From assembly GCA_041567315.1 (NCBI GenBank), contig JBFGCA010000003.1, forward strand, positions 15,398-79,397: a DNA stretch of 64,000 nt. The letters are read 5' to 3'. A model generated the notes under the pieces. That model saw only the letters and a list, made by a program, of their open reading frames with translations, was not told where the DNA came from and made no database searches. The DNA comes from Thermoanaerobaculia bacterium. GTDB lineage: Bacteria; Acidobacteriota; Thermoanaerobaculia; Multivoradales; JAHEKO01. The stretch's first letter is position 1, and every line of letters starts with the position of its first letter. The position numbers and the translations under genes are program-made. Below are positions 1 through 8,439 of the stretch, in pieces.

Positions 1-1068
1 CCCCACCACCACCGACTCCTCGAGCGGCGCGAAGAGGCGCAGGTTGGAGACCCCGTCCCACGGGTAGAGCTCGATGGGCTCGGCGCGCTCGCCCTCGTCG
101 CGCTCGAGGAACCGCGGCATGAAGAACTCCGGGGTCAGGGTGGTGAGCATCACCCGCCCGGTCTCGCCGTAGTCCACCGTGCGGCCGGGGTCGTCCGGGT
201 CGACCAGCTCGAAGACCGCGCGCGGCGCCGGCGGGTAGTAGGTGATCGTGTAGTCGCGGGCGTCGGGATCGAAGGGCTTCGAGCAGGCCAGCCCCATCAG
301 CGTGTTGCCGTAGGTGGGCACGAAGTCGATGCCCGGCACCAGCTCCTCGCGGGCAAAGCGATGGAACTGGGCGTTCATCTCGGTGCCGCCGCAGAAGATG
401 CCGCGGATGCCGGCCCTGCCGAGGTCGACCTTCTCGCACAGCGCCTCGAGCAGCTTGGGGGTGGTGAACAGACAGCGCACGCCGTCGTGGGCGCGCAGCA
501 CCTTGAGCCCCTGGTCGACGACGTGCTCCTTGTAGGCCTCGAGCTCGCGGTGGCGGCCGGCGGCCAGCAGCTTGTTGACCCAGCGCGGGTCGAGATCGAC
601 GTGGAAGCACAGCCCGCCGCGGTGCTGGGCCAGGTGCTCGATGGCCAGCCGCAGCCGCCGCGGCCCGGTCGGCCCCAGCATCAGCCAGTCGGCGCCGAGC
701 GGGAAGCCGCGCTCGTCGAGGGTGCCGCTGAACAGCTCGTAGTCGTGCTGGAAGTCGCGGACGTTGAGGCGGGTCTTGGGCAGCCCGGTCGAGCCGCCGG
801 TCTCGAACACGTAGAGCGGCTGGCCGGCGAGCCCGCGCGGCAGCCAGCGTCGCACCGGACCGCCGCGCAGCCAGTCGTCCTCGAAGTGGCCCAGCCGCTC
901 GAGGTCGGCGTAGCCCCGGATCTTCTCGCGCGGATCGAAGGGCAGCTTGGCGGCGAACTCGAGCCAGAAGGGGCAGCCGGTCTCGGGGGAGAAGTGCCAG
1001 GCCACCATCTCCCGCACGTGGGCGTCGAGCCGCGCGCGGGCCTCGGCCACCCGCTCCGCCAGCCGCAT
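1..1068 (-). CDS. Adenylate-forming enzyme, phenylacetate-CoA ligase / coenzyme F390 synthetase-like; C-terminus runs off the window
   Basis: Hand translation of the minus strand from ATG at 1068: MRLAERVAEARARLDAHVREMVAWHFSPETGCPFWLEF...LYVFETGGSTGLPKTRL...IFCGGTEM.... Open in frame to base 1 (356 codons). GGSTGxPK resembles the AMP-binding loop of PaaK/F390-synthetase enzymes. Missing from the ORF track only because no stop lies in the window. Confidence 0.6.
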   Translation of the reverse strand, partial: MRLAERVAEARARLDAHVREMVAWHFSPETGCPFWLEFAAKLPFDPREKIRGYADLERLGHFEDDWLRGGPVRRWLPRGLAGQPLYVFETGGSTGLPKTRLNVRDFQHDYELFSGTLDERGFPLGADWLMLGPTGPRRLRLAIEHLAQHRGGLCFHVDLDPRWVNKLLAAGRHRELEAYKEHVVDQGLKVLRAHDGVRCLFTTPKLLEALCEKVDLGRAGIRGIFCGGTEMNAQFHRFAREELVPGIDFVPTYGNTLMGLACSKPFDPDARDYTITYYPPAPRAVFELVDPDDPGRTVDYGETGRVMLTTLTPEFFMPRFLERDEGERAEPIELYPWDGVSNLRLFAPLEESVVVG

Positions 1069-1095
1069 GCCGCCGGCCACCGTCACCGCAGTCGC

Positions 1096-2595
1096 CTACT
1101 TGCCTTTGGCCGGCACGTCGGGCCGGTCATCGGCTCCCTCGGCGAGGGCGAAGAGCATGTTGCGGCTGGCCACGTAGAGGGTGCCCCGGTAGGCGATCGG
1201 GGTGGTGTAGACCGCGCTGCCCAGGTTGGTCTCGGACAGCACCACCGGCTCACCGTCCCTGCCCTTGCCGGCCTCGAGCACCACCACGTCGCCGTCCTCG
1301 TCGCCCAGGTAGACCTTGCCGTCGGCGGCGAAGGCCGAGCCCCAGACCGCGGCGAAAGTGTCGTAGGTCCAGTAGTGCTCGCCGGTCTCGGCGTCGAGAG
1401 CGTAGAGGAAGCCGCTCAGGTCGGGGATGTAGACGATGCCCTGGTAGATCGCCGCCGTCGAGATGGTGCGGTGGAAGTCCTCGCCGCCGCGATGCCAGAC
1501 CGCCGCCTTGCCGGTGACGTCGCCGGTCCCGGTGGCGTCGATGACCCAGAAGTGGCCGACGCCCTCGCCGTGCTCGGGGTCCTGGCCGACCCCCAGGTAG
1601 ACCCGCTCCTTGTAGATCACCGGCGTGCCGATGATGTTGTTGCGGGTGCCCATGCCGCCCAGCTCCCAGACCGAGTCCTTGGGGTTGAGGTCGAACTTCC
1701 AGATCGGCTTGCCGGTCGCCGGCTCGAGCGCGTAGACCCAGCCGTCGCCGCCCGGGAAGATCACCTGCGGCCGGCCGCCGATCACCGCGTAGGCGGGGTT
1801 GGACCACTGGCCGTGGAGGATGTTGCCACCCGGGAGATCGGACTCCCAGACCAGCTTGCCGGTCCTCTTGTCGACCGCGATGAAGCTGGGGGCGCGGGTG
1901 GCGGGGATGTTGACGTGCCCCTCGTCCACCCCGTTGCCGGTGACGGTGAACAGCAGGTCGCCGGCGGCGGTGGGGCTGCCGGCCGCCAGGTTGTGCGGGA
2001 AGACCGACAGCTCGCCGATCATGTCCAGCTTCCAGACCACGTCCTCGTCGGTGGCGCCGGTGCGCTTCTCGGCGGTGAAGGGGCCGTCGTTCTCGCCGTC
2101 GCGGAAGCCCTCGACGTCGGCGGCGATCAGCTCGGCCCGGTTGGAGACGTAATAGAGCCGATCGCCCTCGACGTAGGGGGCCGAGCAGACGCCCTGGAGC
2201 GGCCAGTCGTGGACGCGGCCGGCCGGCAGCTTGGCGTGCGCCGCCTGCCACAGGAACTCGCCGCTGCTTGCGTCGAACACCAGCACGTTGCCGCGGTCGC
2301 CTTCGATCGCCGGGTCGCGCCCGCCCTCGTTGTTGGTGCCGACGAAGACCTTGCCGCCGGCCGCCACCGGTCCGCCGTAGCTCTGCGAGCCCAGCGGCTG
2401 GCGCCACTTGACGTTCTCGCCGGTCTTGACGTCCCAGCGCGCGGGCAGCCCGGTCTCGGCCGAGATCATGTTGCGCTGCGGGGTGCCGCCGAACATCGCC
2501 ACCTCGGGCTCGGCGCCGGAGGCGGCGCCCGGCGACAGCGTCGCCGGCAGCGCGGCAAGGAGAAGGAAAGCTGGAAGCTGGAGTGGTCGGGTCAT
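1096..2595 (-). CDS. Secreted PQQ-like beta-propeller repeat protein (BamB / quinoprotein-like fold)
   Basis: Last 499 codons of track ORF 1096..4944(-), starting at internal ATG 2595. MTRPLQLPAFLLLAALPATLSPGAASG is a signal peptide. Recurring blades such as GWVYALEPATGKPIW and GFLYALDAETGEHYW. The rest of the long ORF is Arg/Pro-rich shadow reading. Confidence 0.85.
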   Translation of the reverse strand: MTRPLQLPAFLLLAALPATLSPGAASGAEPEVAMFGGTPQRNMISAETGLPARWDVKTGENVKWRQPLGSQSYGGPVAAGGKVFVGTNNEGGRDPAIEGDRGNVLVFDASSGEFLWQAAHAKLPAGRVHDWPLQGVCSAPYVEGDRLYYVSNRAELIAADVEGFRDGENDGPFTAEKRTGATDEDVVWKLDMIGELSVFPHNLAAGSPTAAGDLLFTVTGNGVDEGHVNIPATRAPSFIAVDKRTGKLVWESDLPGGNILHGQWSNPAYAVIGGRPQVIFPGGDGWVYALEPATGKPIWKFDLNPKDSVWELGGMGTRNNIIGTPVIYKERVYLGVGQDPEHGEGVGHFWVIDATGTGDVTGKAAVWHRGGEDFHRTISTAAIYQGIVYIPDLSGFLYALDAETGEHYWTYDTFAAVWGSAFAADGKVYLGDEDGDVVVLEAGKGRDGEPVVLSETNLGSAVYTTPIAYRGTLYVASRNMLFALAEGADDRPDVPAKGK

Positions 2596-4811
2596 GGATT
2601 GGAGGTCACCTTGAGGTTGTCGAAATAGACGGGTGTGGGGGAGTAGCCGGACAGCCCGGGCGCGCCGTCGACGATGGGCAGCGGGTCCTCCAGCTCGATC
2701 GTCCACGCTTCGGGCTCGGGAGCGTCGCGACGCCACGCCTTGCCCCGCACGGTGGCGCGCTCGGCGCCGGCGTCGACGCGGAGCTTCATGCGGTACCAGA
2801 CGCCGGGCTCCCACGGGTAGTCGACGGTCTGCATCATCCGCAGCCCCGACTGCCAGGAGTGGACCTCGAGCCGCTGATGGTTGCCCATCAGCTCCATGGT
2901 GTAGCCGCCGTTGATGAGCCCCATGTCGGGCAGGGTGTCGCCGTCCCGGCTGCCCCGGAGGTCGGCCTCGAAGGTGTAGCCGGCCTCGTCCGGGTGCCCC
3001 AGGAAGGTCAGGTGACGGTGGATCTGGACCGGCGAGGGCTGCTTGGAGAGCACCCGGTTGCCGTCCAGCTCGACGACCTGGAAGGGGGACAGGTAGCCCA
3101 TCATGTAGCCCGGCCGGCCGCCGGGCTCGACGGCCTCGAAGTCCTCGACGAGCGGCAAGGGCGCCAGCGCCCGCAACCGGCCGCTGGCTTCCAGTCCGCC
3201 GGCCCGGGCGGTCACCAGAGCGGCCTGCGAGCCGGCGGCGGGGTCGGGGGTGACGACGCCGTCGGCACCGACGGTGCCGGCCAGGCCGGCCAGCGACCAC
3301 TCGGCCGGCAGCTCGCCGATCACCCGGCCCAGGGCGTCGAAGGCCACCGCCCGGAAGCGCGCGGTCTCGCCGGTGCGGATCAGCGCTTCGGCGGGGACCA
3401 CCCTCAGGCGCGCCGCCTCGGCCCCGGCCGGCGACCGCTCCTCGGCCGGCGGCGCCGGGGCGGTCCCGGGCTCGACCCGGAACGGCCGCTCGGGGTCGCC
3501 CAGGCAGTACAGCCCCTCCTCGGTGGTGAAGTAGATCCGCCCGTAGGCCACCGCCGGCGAGCCGTAGATCTCGGGGCGGCGCCCGTCGGGCGCGCGGATC
3601 TGCTCGGCGTCGAGAGTTCGTCCGCCGTCGGCCCCGGGCTCGACGATCAGGAACCGGCCGTTGACCTCGGTGGCGTAGACCTTGCCGTCGGCCACCACCG
3701 GCGAGCCCTTGCCCACCCGGCCCAGGTCGAGCTGCCAGCGCTGCTCGCCGCCGGCGACGTCGAGGGCGTAGAGGTTGGCCGAGTTGTCGATCACGTAGAG
3801 CACGCCGCCATCGAGCGCCGGCGAGGAGAACCCCACCCCCAGCGGCGCCCGCCACAGCTCGTGGCTGGCGGTGACGTCGCCGGTGCCGGTGCCGTCGATC
3901 GCCACCACCCGGCCCATCGTGCCCTCGTCGAGGTTCTCTTCGCTGTGGGCGGCGAAGACCGTGGTGCCGTCGACCAGCACCGAGGTGTTGATGCCGCGCT
4001 GGGAGAGCTCGAAGCCCCAGACCGGCTCGCCGGTCGCCGCCTCGACGGCGTAGATGCCGCCGCTGCCGTTGCCGGCGACGATCAGCCGCCGCCCGCCGGC
4101 CACCAGCACGGCGGGGGTCGACTGGGTGTTCTTGTCGCTCATCGACGAGGCCGGCGTCGACACCCACAGCAGCTCGCCGGTCCGCTTGTCGAAGGCCCGG
4201 TAGCGATGGAGCGGCCGCGCCTCGGCCCCCCAGCCGGCGTTGGCGAAGGTGACGATCAGCCGCTCGCCGTCGACCAGCGGCGTCTGGGTGCGGCCCCCGT
4301 AGCCCTCCATGAAGGCGAACTCCTCGACCAGCTTGCGCTGCCAGACGACCGAGCCGTCGCGCGAGTCGAGACAGAAGAACAGCCCGCCGACGCCCTGGAC
4401 GTAGAGATAGCCGGTCTCGGGATCGGCGGCCAGGTTGGCCCAGCCCACCCGGGTCCACGGCACCGAGGTGTGGTAGACGTTGAAGCGCCGCTCCCAGAGC
4501 TTCTCGCCGGTCCCGGCGTCGAAGCAGGCGACCATCTCCTGGCGGGTGATCCCCTCGCCGGCGCGGCCGTTGGCGCACACCCGGCCCTGGAAGACGACCG
4601 GCGTCGAGCGGCCGACGAAGTCGACCCGCCAGATCAGGTTCTCGCCGCCGGTCGACCAGCTCGCCACCAGCCCGGTCTCGGGCGAAGTCCCGTTGCGCGC
4701 CGGCCCCCGCCAGTGGCTCCACTCGGCGGCGGCGGCGCGATCGGGGACGATCCAGAAGGCGCCTGCTGCGGCCAGTAAGGTAGCGAGAACGATCTTGGGC
4801 AACCCCTTCAC
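2592..4811 (-). CDS. Secreted PQQ-like beta-propeller protein with C-terminal jelly-roll (LamG/DUF1080-like) domain
   Basis: Track ORF 2592..4901(-). Preferred start is GTG 4811 (VKGLPKIVLATLLAAAGAFWIV signal peptide) with AAGGAG 7 nt upstream. Propeller blades GGIYAVEAATGEPVW and NLYALDVAGGEQRW. The last ~200 aa (YTFEADLRG..GYTMELMG..WYRMKLRV) look lectin-like. The stop overlaps the next start as ATGA (2592-2595). Confidence 0.8.
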   Translation of the reverse strand: MKGLPKIVLATLLAAAGAFWIVPDRAAAAEWSHWRGPARNGTSPETGLVASWSTGGENLIWRVDFVGRSTPVVFQGRVCANGRAGEGITRQEMVACFDAGTGEKLWERRFNVYHTSVPWTRVGWANLAADPETGYLYVQGVGGLFFCLDSRDGSVVWQRKLVEEFAFMEGYGGRTQTPLVDGERLIVTFANAGWGAEARPLHRYRAFDKRTGELLWVSTPASSMSDKNTQSTPAVLVAGGRRLIVAGNGSGGIYAVEAATGEPVWGFELSQRGINTSVLVDGTTVFAAHSEENLDEGTMGRVVAIDGTGTGDVTASHELWRAPLGVGFSSPALDGGVLYVIDNSANLYALDVAGGEQRWQLDLGRVGKGSPVVADGKVYATEVNGRFLIVEPGADGGRTLDAEQIRAPDGRRPEIYGSPAVAYGRIYFTTEEGLYCLGDPERPFRVEPGTAPAPPAEERSPAGAEAARLRVVPAEALIRTGETARFRAVAFDALGRVIGELPAEWSLAGLAGTVGADGVVTPDPAAGSQAALVTARAGGLEASGRLRALAPLPLVEDFEAVEPGGRPGYMMGYLSPFQVVELDGNRVLSKQPSPVQIHRHLTFLGHPDEAGYTFEADLRGSRDGDTLPDMGLINGGYTMELMGNHQRLEVHSWQSGLRMMQTVDYPWEPGVWYRMKLRVDAGAERATVRGKAWRRDAPEPEAWTIELEDPLPIVDGAPGLSGYSPTPVYFDNLKVTSNP

Positions 4812-5029
4812 TTGGCAGCTCCTTGGTCTGGATTGCGGGAGAACGGCGCCGTTTGCTGGCAGCGGGCTGGGTAGAGGACCCAAAGCGCCGGGCGGCATCA
4901 TACCGCGGGCCCGCGGTGTCCGGAGCGCGCGCCCGATGCCGCACCCGCTTCTCGTTGTTACGCGGGGCCTGGCGCCGGGGTTGAGGGCGTCGTTGGCATC
5001 CGGCCCGGGTACCGGGGCCTCGGCGGGTT

Positions 5030-5035
5030 TACACT
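5030..5035 (+). promoter_or_regulatory. -10-like box TACACT, 10 nt upstream of ATG 5046
   Basis: AT-rich hexamer of TAnnnT form in otherwise GC-rich DNA, directly upstream of the start codon. No Shine-Dalgarno between them. Confidence 0.3.
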
Positions 5036-5045
5036 GGCGGGACTC

Positions 5046-6341
5046 ATGCGACCTTCGACCGCCTGCGCGATGCTGGTCGCGGCGGGTGCCCTGGCCGTCG
5101 CCCGGGCGCAGCCGGTGCCCGATGGTCCGCAGTTCAGGGTCAGCTCGGCCGATTCCGGACCCGAGTCGGCGGCCGACGTGGGCGTGGCGCCCGATGGCTC
5201 GTTCGTGGTCGTCTGGGAGACCTCTCTGGCCACCCCGCAGATCCGGGGGCGGCGTTTCGCCGCCGATGGCGCTCCGCTCGGAGCCGAGTTCGCGATCAAC
5301 ACGTTCACCACCGGCGGTAGGGAGGAGATTCCGGCGGTGGCGGTCGCCGCGGACGGCTCTTTCGTCGTGGTCTGGGAGAGCGACACCTCAGCGGGTAACG
5401 ACGACGACCTGACCAGCATCCAGGCGCAGCGGTTCGATGCCGCCGGCGATCCGCTCGGGGCCCAGTTCCAGGTCAACGTGGTCACCACCGGATTCCAGGT
5501 CGTTCCGGACGTCGCGGCGGCGCTCGGCGGTGGCTTCCTGGTGGTTTGGAGGACGGTCGGCCCCGGAGGCTTAGGCGACTCGGCCATTCGCGGGCGGCGC
5601 TTCGACGCCGATGGCCTGCCCACCAACGACGGGCTGCTGCTGAGCGACAGCGGAGAGCAGCGCGCGCCGGCCGTCGCCGCCGGCCCCGGCGGCGGTTTCG
5701 TCGTCGTCTGGCAGCGGGGCTCTACCGGCACCGAGATCGACGCGCGCGTGTTGGCCACCGACGGCACCCCGGCCGGCGAGATCTTCCAGGTCAACACCTC
5801 CGTCGGCGGCAACCAGCTCGGCCCCGACGTTTCGTTCGGCTCCGACGGCGGCTTCGTCGTCGTCTGGGAGAGCTTTGGCTCGCCCGGGTCGGACGACTCG
5901 AGCTACAGCATCCAGGCGCGCCGCTTCCCCGTCGAGCCGGGGCTCGAAGACCAGTTCCAGGTCAACGCCGTGACCGAGGGCGCCCAGCGCTTCGCGCGCG
6001 TTACCCGTTACCGGGACGGCGGGCTGCTCGTGGCCTGGCACAGCTTCTCCTCGGCCGGCGACGACGACGACCTGACCAGCATCCAGGCGCAGGTGCTCGG
6101 CGTCGCCGGGGAGCCCCTCGGCTCCCAGTTCCAGGTCAACGGCTACACGACCAACGCCCAGGACTACGCCGCCGTCGCCGGTACCGGCGACGGCAGGTTC
6201 GTGGCGGCGTGGACCAGCCAGGGCTCGGTCGCCGGCGCGGGCGTCCGTCGCATCCAGGGCCGGCGCTACCGGCCGGCCGCGATCTTCGCCGACGACTTCG
6301 AGTCCGGCGACAGCTCGCAGTGGTCGGGCGCCGTTCCCTGA
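5046..6341 (+). CDS. Secreted seven-repeat protein with FESGD-type C-terminal tail
   Basis: Track ORF. Signal peptide MRPSTACAMLVAAGALAVARAQP. Seven ~55-aa repeats of form DGsFVVVWes...SIQAQRFdaaGdPLGaqFQVN. Ends IFADDFESGDSSQWSGAVP-stop. Confidence 0.8.
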   Translation: MRPSTACAMLVAAGALAVARAQPVPDGPQFRVSSADSGPESAADVGVAPDGSFVVVWETSLATPQIRGRRFAADGAPLGAEFAINTFTTGGREEIPAVAVAADGSFVVVWESDTSAGNDDDLTSIQAQRFDAAGDPLGAQFQVNVVTTGFQVVPDVAAALGGGFLVVWRTVGPGGLGDSAIRGRRFDADGLPTNDGLLLSDSGEQRAPAVAAGPGGGFVVVWQRGSTGTEIDARVLATDGTPAGEIFQVNTSVGGNQLGPDVSFGSDGGFVVVWESFGSPGSDDSSYSIQARRFPVEPGLEDQFQVNAVTEGAQRFARVTRYRDGGLLVAWHSFSSAGDDDDLTSIQAQVLGVAGEPLGSQFQVNGYTTNAQDYAAVAGTGDGRFVAAWTSQGSVAGAGVRRIQGRRYRPAAIFADDFESGDSSQWSGAVP

Positions 6342-6357
6342 TCTCGACGCCGGATGC

Positions 6358-7311
6358 TCACCGCCTCGGCTGGAGGGCGCGGTACTTGTATTCGAGCTTC
6401 TCGGCCCGCGACAGGCCGTCCCCCCAGTCGTAGAGGGCGCGCTCCCAGGAGCCGTGGACCGGGTTGGGGACCACGATCCAGCGCTCGCCCCAGTAGGCGG
6501 CGGTCTCGGCGAGACGGCGGCGGCGCTCCTCGAGGGAAGCGCGGAAGCCGGTGGCGAAGTCGCTGGCGTCGTCGCCGATCAGCAGCAGGATGCGGTGGGT
6601 CTCGGCGACGTGGCGCCGTCGGCCCGCCTTCTCGCTCTGCCACTCCGGGCGCTCGTAGCGGGTGAGCAGCGGGTCGCGGTCGGCGAGCAGCGGGAAGCCC
6701 AGCGCCTCGAGGTTGCGGCGGGTCGGCTCCTCGAGGTCGTGATTGCGGTTGGTGACGTAGAAGACCGCCACCCCGCGCTCGGCGGCCCAGGTGGTGAACT
6801 CGACGGCACCGGGGACGGCGGCGGCCGCCGCCTCGTGGACCCAGCGCGGCCAGTTGCCGGCCGGGTCGTACTCCTCCTCGTCGAGCACCAGCCGCGCCTC
6901 GAACGGCGAGTTGTCGAGCACCGTCTCGTCGACGTCGAGGATGACCGCCGGCGGCAGGGTGGCGTAGCCGCCGCTCTCGAGCTGCTCCGAGGAGGCGGTC
7001 CACGCCGGGTCGGCCAGCGCCTGCTCGAGCCGCACCCGGGCCAGCCGGTAGGCCTGGACCGCCCCGGCCGGATACTCCACCGAGGTCTGGAGCCACAGCG
7101 TCGCGCCCAGCAGCTCGTGGGTGCGCGGCGCCGGCGCCGGGGCCGAGCGGCAGGCGCCCGACAGCGCCAGGGCCAGAGCAAGGACCGGCAGGACGAGCGG
7201 CCGGGCTCGAGACTGCGTTCTCCGGGCGACACCCGCGCAGCGCGTGGCCAGCTCGTCAGGCGGCGGCAGCAGACCGTTCACGGCGTCAGGGCCGGGGACT
7301 CTCTCGGACAT
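6358..7311 (-). CDS. Class B acid phosphatase / 5'-nucleotidase, lipoprotein e(P4) family (HAD superfamily)
   Basis: Internal ATG 7311 of track ORF 6358..10011(-), with GAAGGAGA upstream. Hydrophobic leader ends ALALSGAC (lipobox-like, not canonical). HAD motifs DVDETVLDNSPF, YVTNR and GDDASDF. Confidence 0.8.
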   Translation of the reverse strand: MSERVPGPDAVNGLLPPPDELATRCAGVARRTQSRARPLVLPVLALALALSGACRSAPAPAPRTHELLGATLWLQTSVEYPAGAVQAYRLARVRLEQALADPAWTASSEQLESGGYATLPPAVILDVDETVLDNSPFEARLVLDEEEYDPAGNWPRWVHEAAAAAVPGAVEFTTWAAERGVAVFYVTNRNHDLEEPTRRNLEALGFPLLADRDPLLTRYERPEWQSEKAGRRRHVAETHRILLLIGDDASDFATGFRASLEERRRRLAETAAYWGERWIVVPNPVHGSWERALYDWGDGLSRAEKLEYKYRALQPRR

Positions 7312-7409
7312 GGGTCGTTCTCCTTCGCGAGGCTCGCGCGGTCCGGGGAGCGGCCGACCCGAGGGTGGCGCCGAGTATCGGCCGCTGCGGGTCCCCACGC
7401 GGCGCACCC

Positions 7410-8402
7410 TTACAGCACCGAGTCGCCCGGCGGCACGAGCTGGTCGATCCGCGCGGCGTCCGCGGCGGCGACCTCGGTCTCCAGCGCCCGTAAACAGCTG
7501 TCGAGCTGCTCGGCGGTGCGCGGCCCGATGGTCGCCGAGGTCACCGCCGGCTGGCGGAGCACCCAGGCCAGGGCCAGCTCGGCCAGCGGCACGCCACGCG
7601 CGGCGGCCATCTGGACCAGCTCCTCGACCACCTCGAGCCGGCGCTCGAAGCGGGCGTCGGAGAGGTCGCCCGTCCAGTTCCGCGCCCGTGGGCTGTCGGC
7701 CGGGTTGGCGGCGCCCCGGCGGTATTTGCCGGTCAGCCACCCGCCCTCGAGCGGACTCCACACGATGTTGGCAATCCCGAAGCGCCGGCACATCGGGAAG
7801 TGCTCGCTCTCCATCGCCCGGCGCAGGATCGAGTAGGGGGGCTGCAGGGCCACGAACCGCTCCCAGCCGTGGCGATCGCTCAGCCACAGCGTCTGGACGA
7901 TCTCCCAGGCCGGCAGCCGTCTCTGGCCTTCGACGTCGTAGTGATTGGTCGAGCATCCGAGGTAGCGGACCTTGCCCTGCCGCACCAGGTCGTCGAGCGC
8001 CCGCAGGGTCTCCTCCCACCGGACGTCGGGGTCCGGCCGGTGGATCTGGTAGAGGTCGATGACGTCGGTGCCCAGCCGCCGCAGACTGGCCTCGGCCTGC
8101 TCGTGGATGGCCTTGCGCGACAGGCCGCGCTGATTCGGGCCGTCGCCCATGGCGCCAAACACCTTGGTCGCCAGCACCGCCTGCTCGCGGCGGCCGCGCA
8201 GCGCCTTGCCGACGATCTCCTCGGACTCGCCCGCCGAGTAGATGTTGGCGGTGTCGATGAAATTGACGCCCAGATCGAGGGCTCGGTGGATGATGCGGAT
8301 GCACTCGTCGTGGTCCGGGTTGCCCCACTCGCCGAACATCATCGTGCCCAGACACAGCGGCGACACCCGGACGCCGGCGCTGCCGAGGCTGCGGTACTCC
8401 AT
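7410..8402 (-). CDS. Aldo/keto reductase
   Basis: Track ORF. MEYRSLGSAGVRVSPLCLGTMMFG, GVNFIDTANIYSAGESEEIVGKAL and DLYQIHRPD are canonical AKR signatures. Confidence 0.9.
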   Translation of the reverse strand: MEYRSLGSAGVRVSPLCLGTMMFGEWGNPDHDECIRIIHRALDLGVNFIDTANIYSAGESEEIVGKALRGRREQAVLATKVFGAMGDGPNQRGLSRKAIHEQAEASLRRLGTDVIDLYQIHRPDPDVRWEETLRALDDLVRQGKVRYLGCSTNHYDVEGQRRLPAWEIVQTLWLSDRHGWERFVALQPPYSILRRAMESEHFPMCRRFGIANIVWSPLEGGWLTGKYRRGAANPADSPRARNWTGDLSDARFERRLEVVEELVQMAAARGVPLAELALAWVLRQPAVTSATIGPRTAEQLDSCLRALETEVAAADAARIDQLVPPGDSVL

Positions 8403-8411
8403 GGCCGCCGA

Positions 8412-8433
8412 AGTGTAGCGGTAGGCGTAGAAT
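8412..8433. promoter_or_regulatory. Back-to-back -10-like boxes in a 37-bp divergent intergenic region
   Basis: TAGAAT (8428-8433) lies 6 nt before ATG 8440 on the plus strand. TACACT (complement of 8412-8417) lies 9 nt before the minus-strand ATG at 8402. Neither side has room for a Shine-Dalgarno. Confidence 0.4.
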
Positions 8434-8439
8434 CACCTC

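Noticed and set aside
361-2628. Long plus-strand ORF (755 aa). Similar very long ORFs include 1096..4944 upstream part, 2583..4778, 6358..10011 upstream part, 17465..19429, 20198..21928, 43819..46740, 50666..53134, 55083..57317, 55262..57670, 57187..61884 and 58833..61799.
   Set aside because: Their translations are Arg/Pro/Gly/Ala-rich with no motifs. They lie antisense or out of frame to genes with clear family signatures. They are the shadow ORFs expected in very GC-rich DNA.
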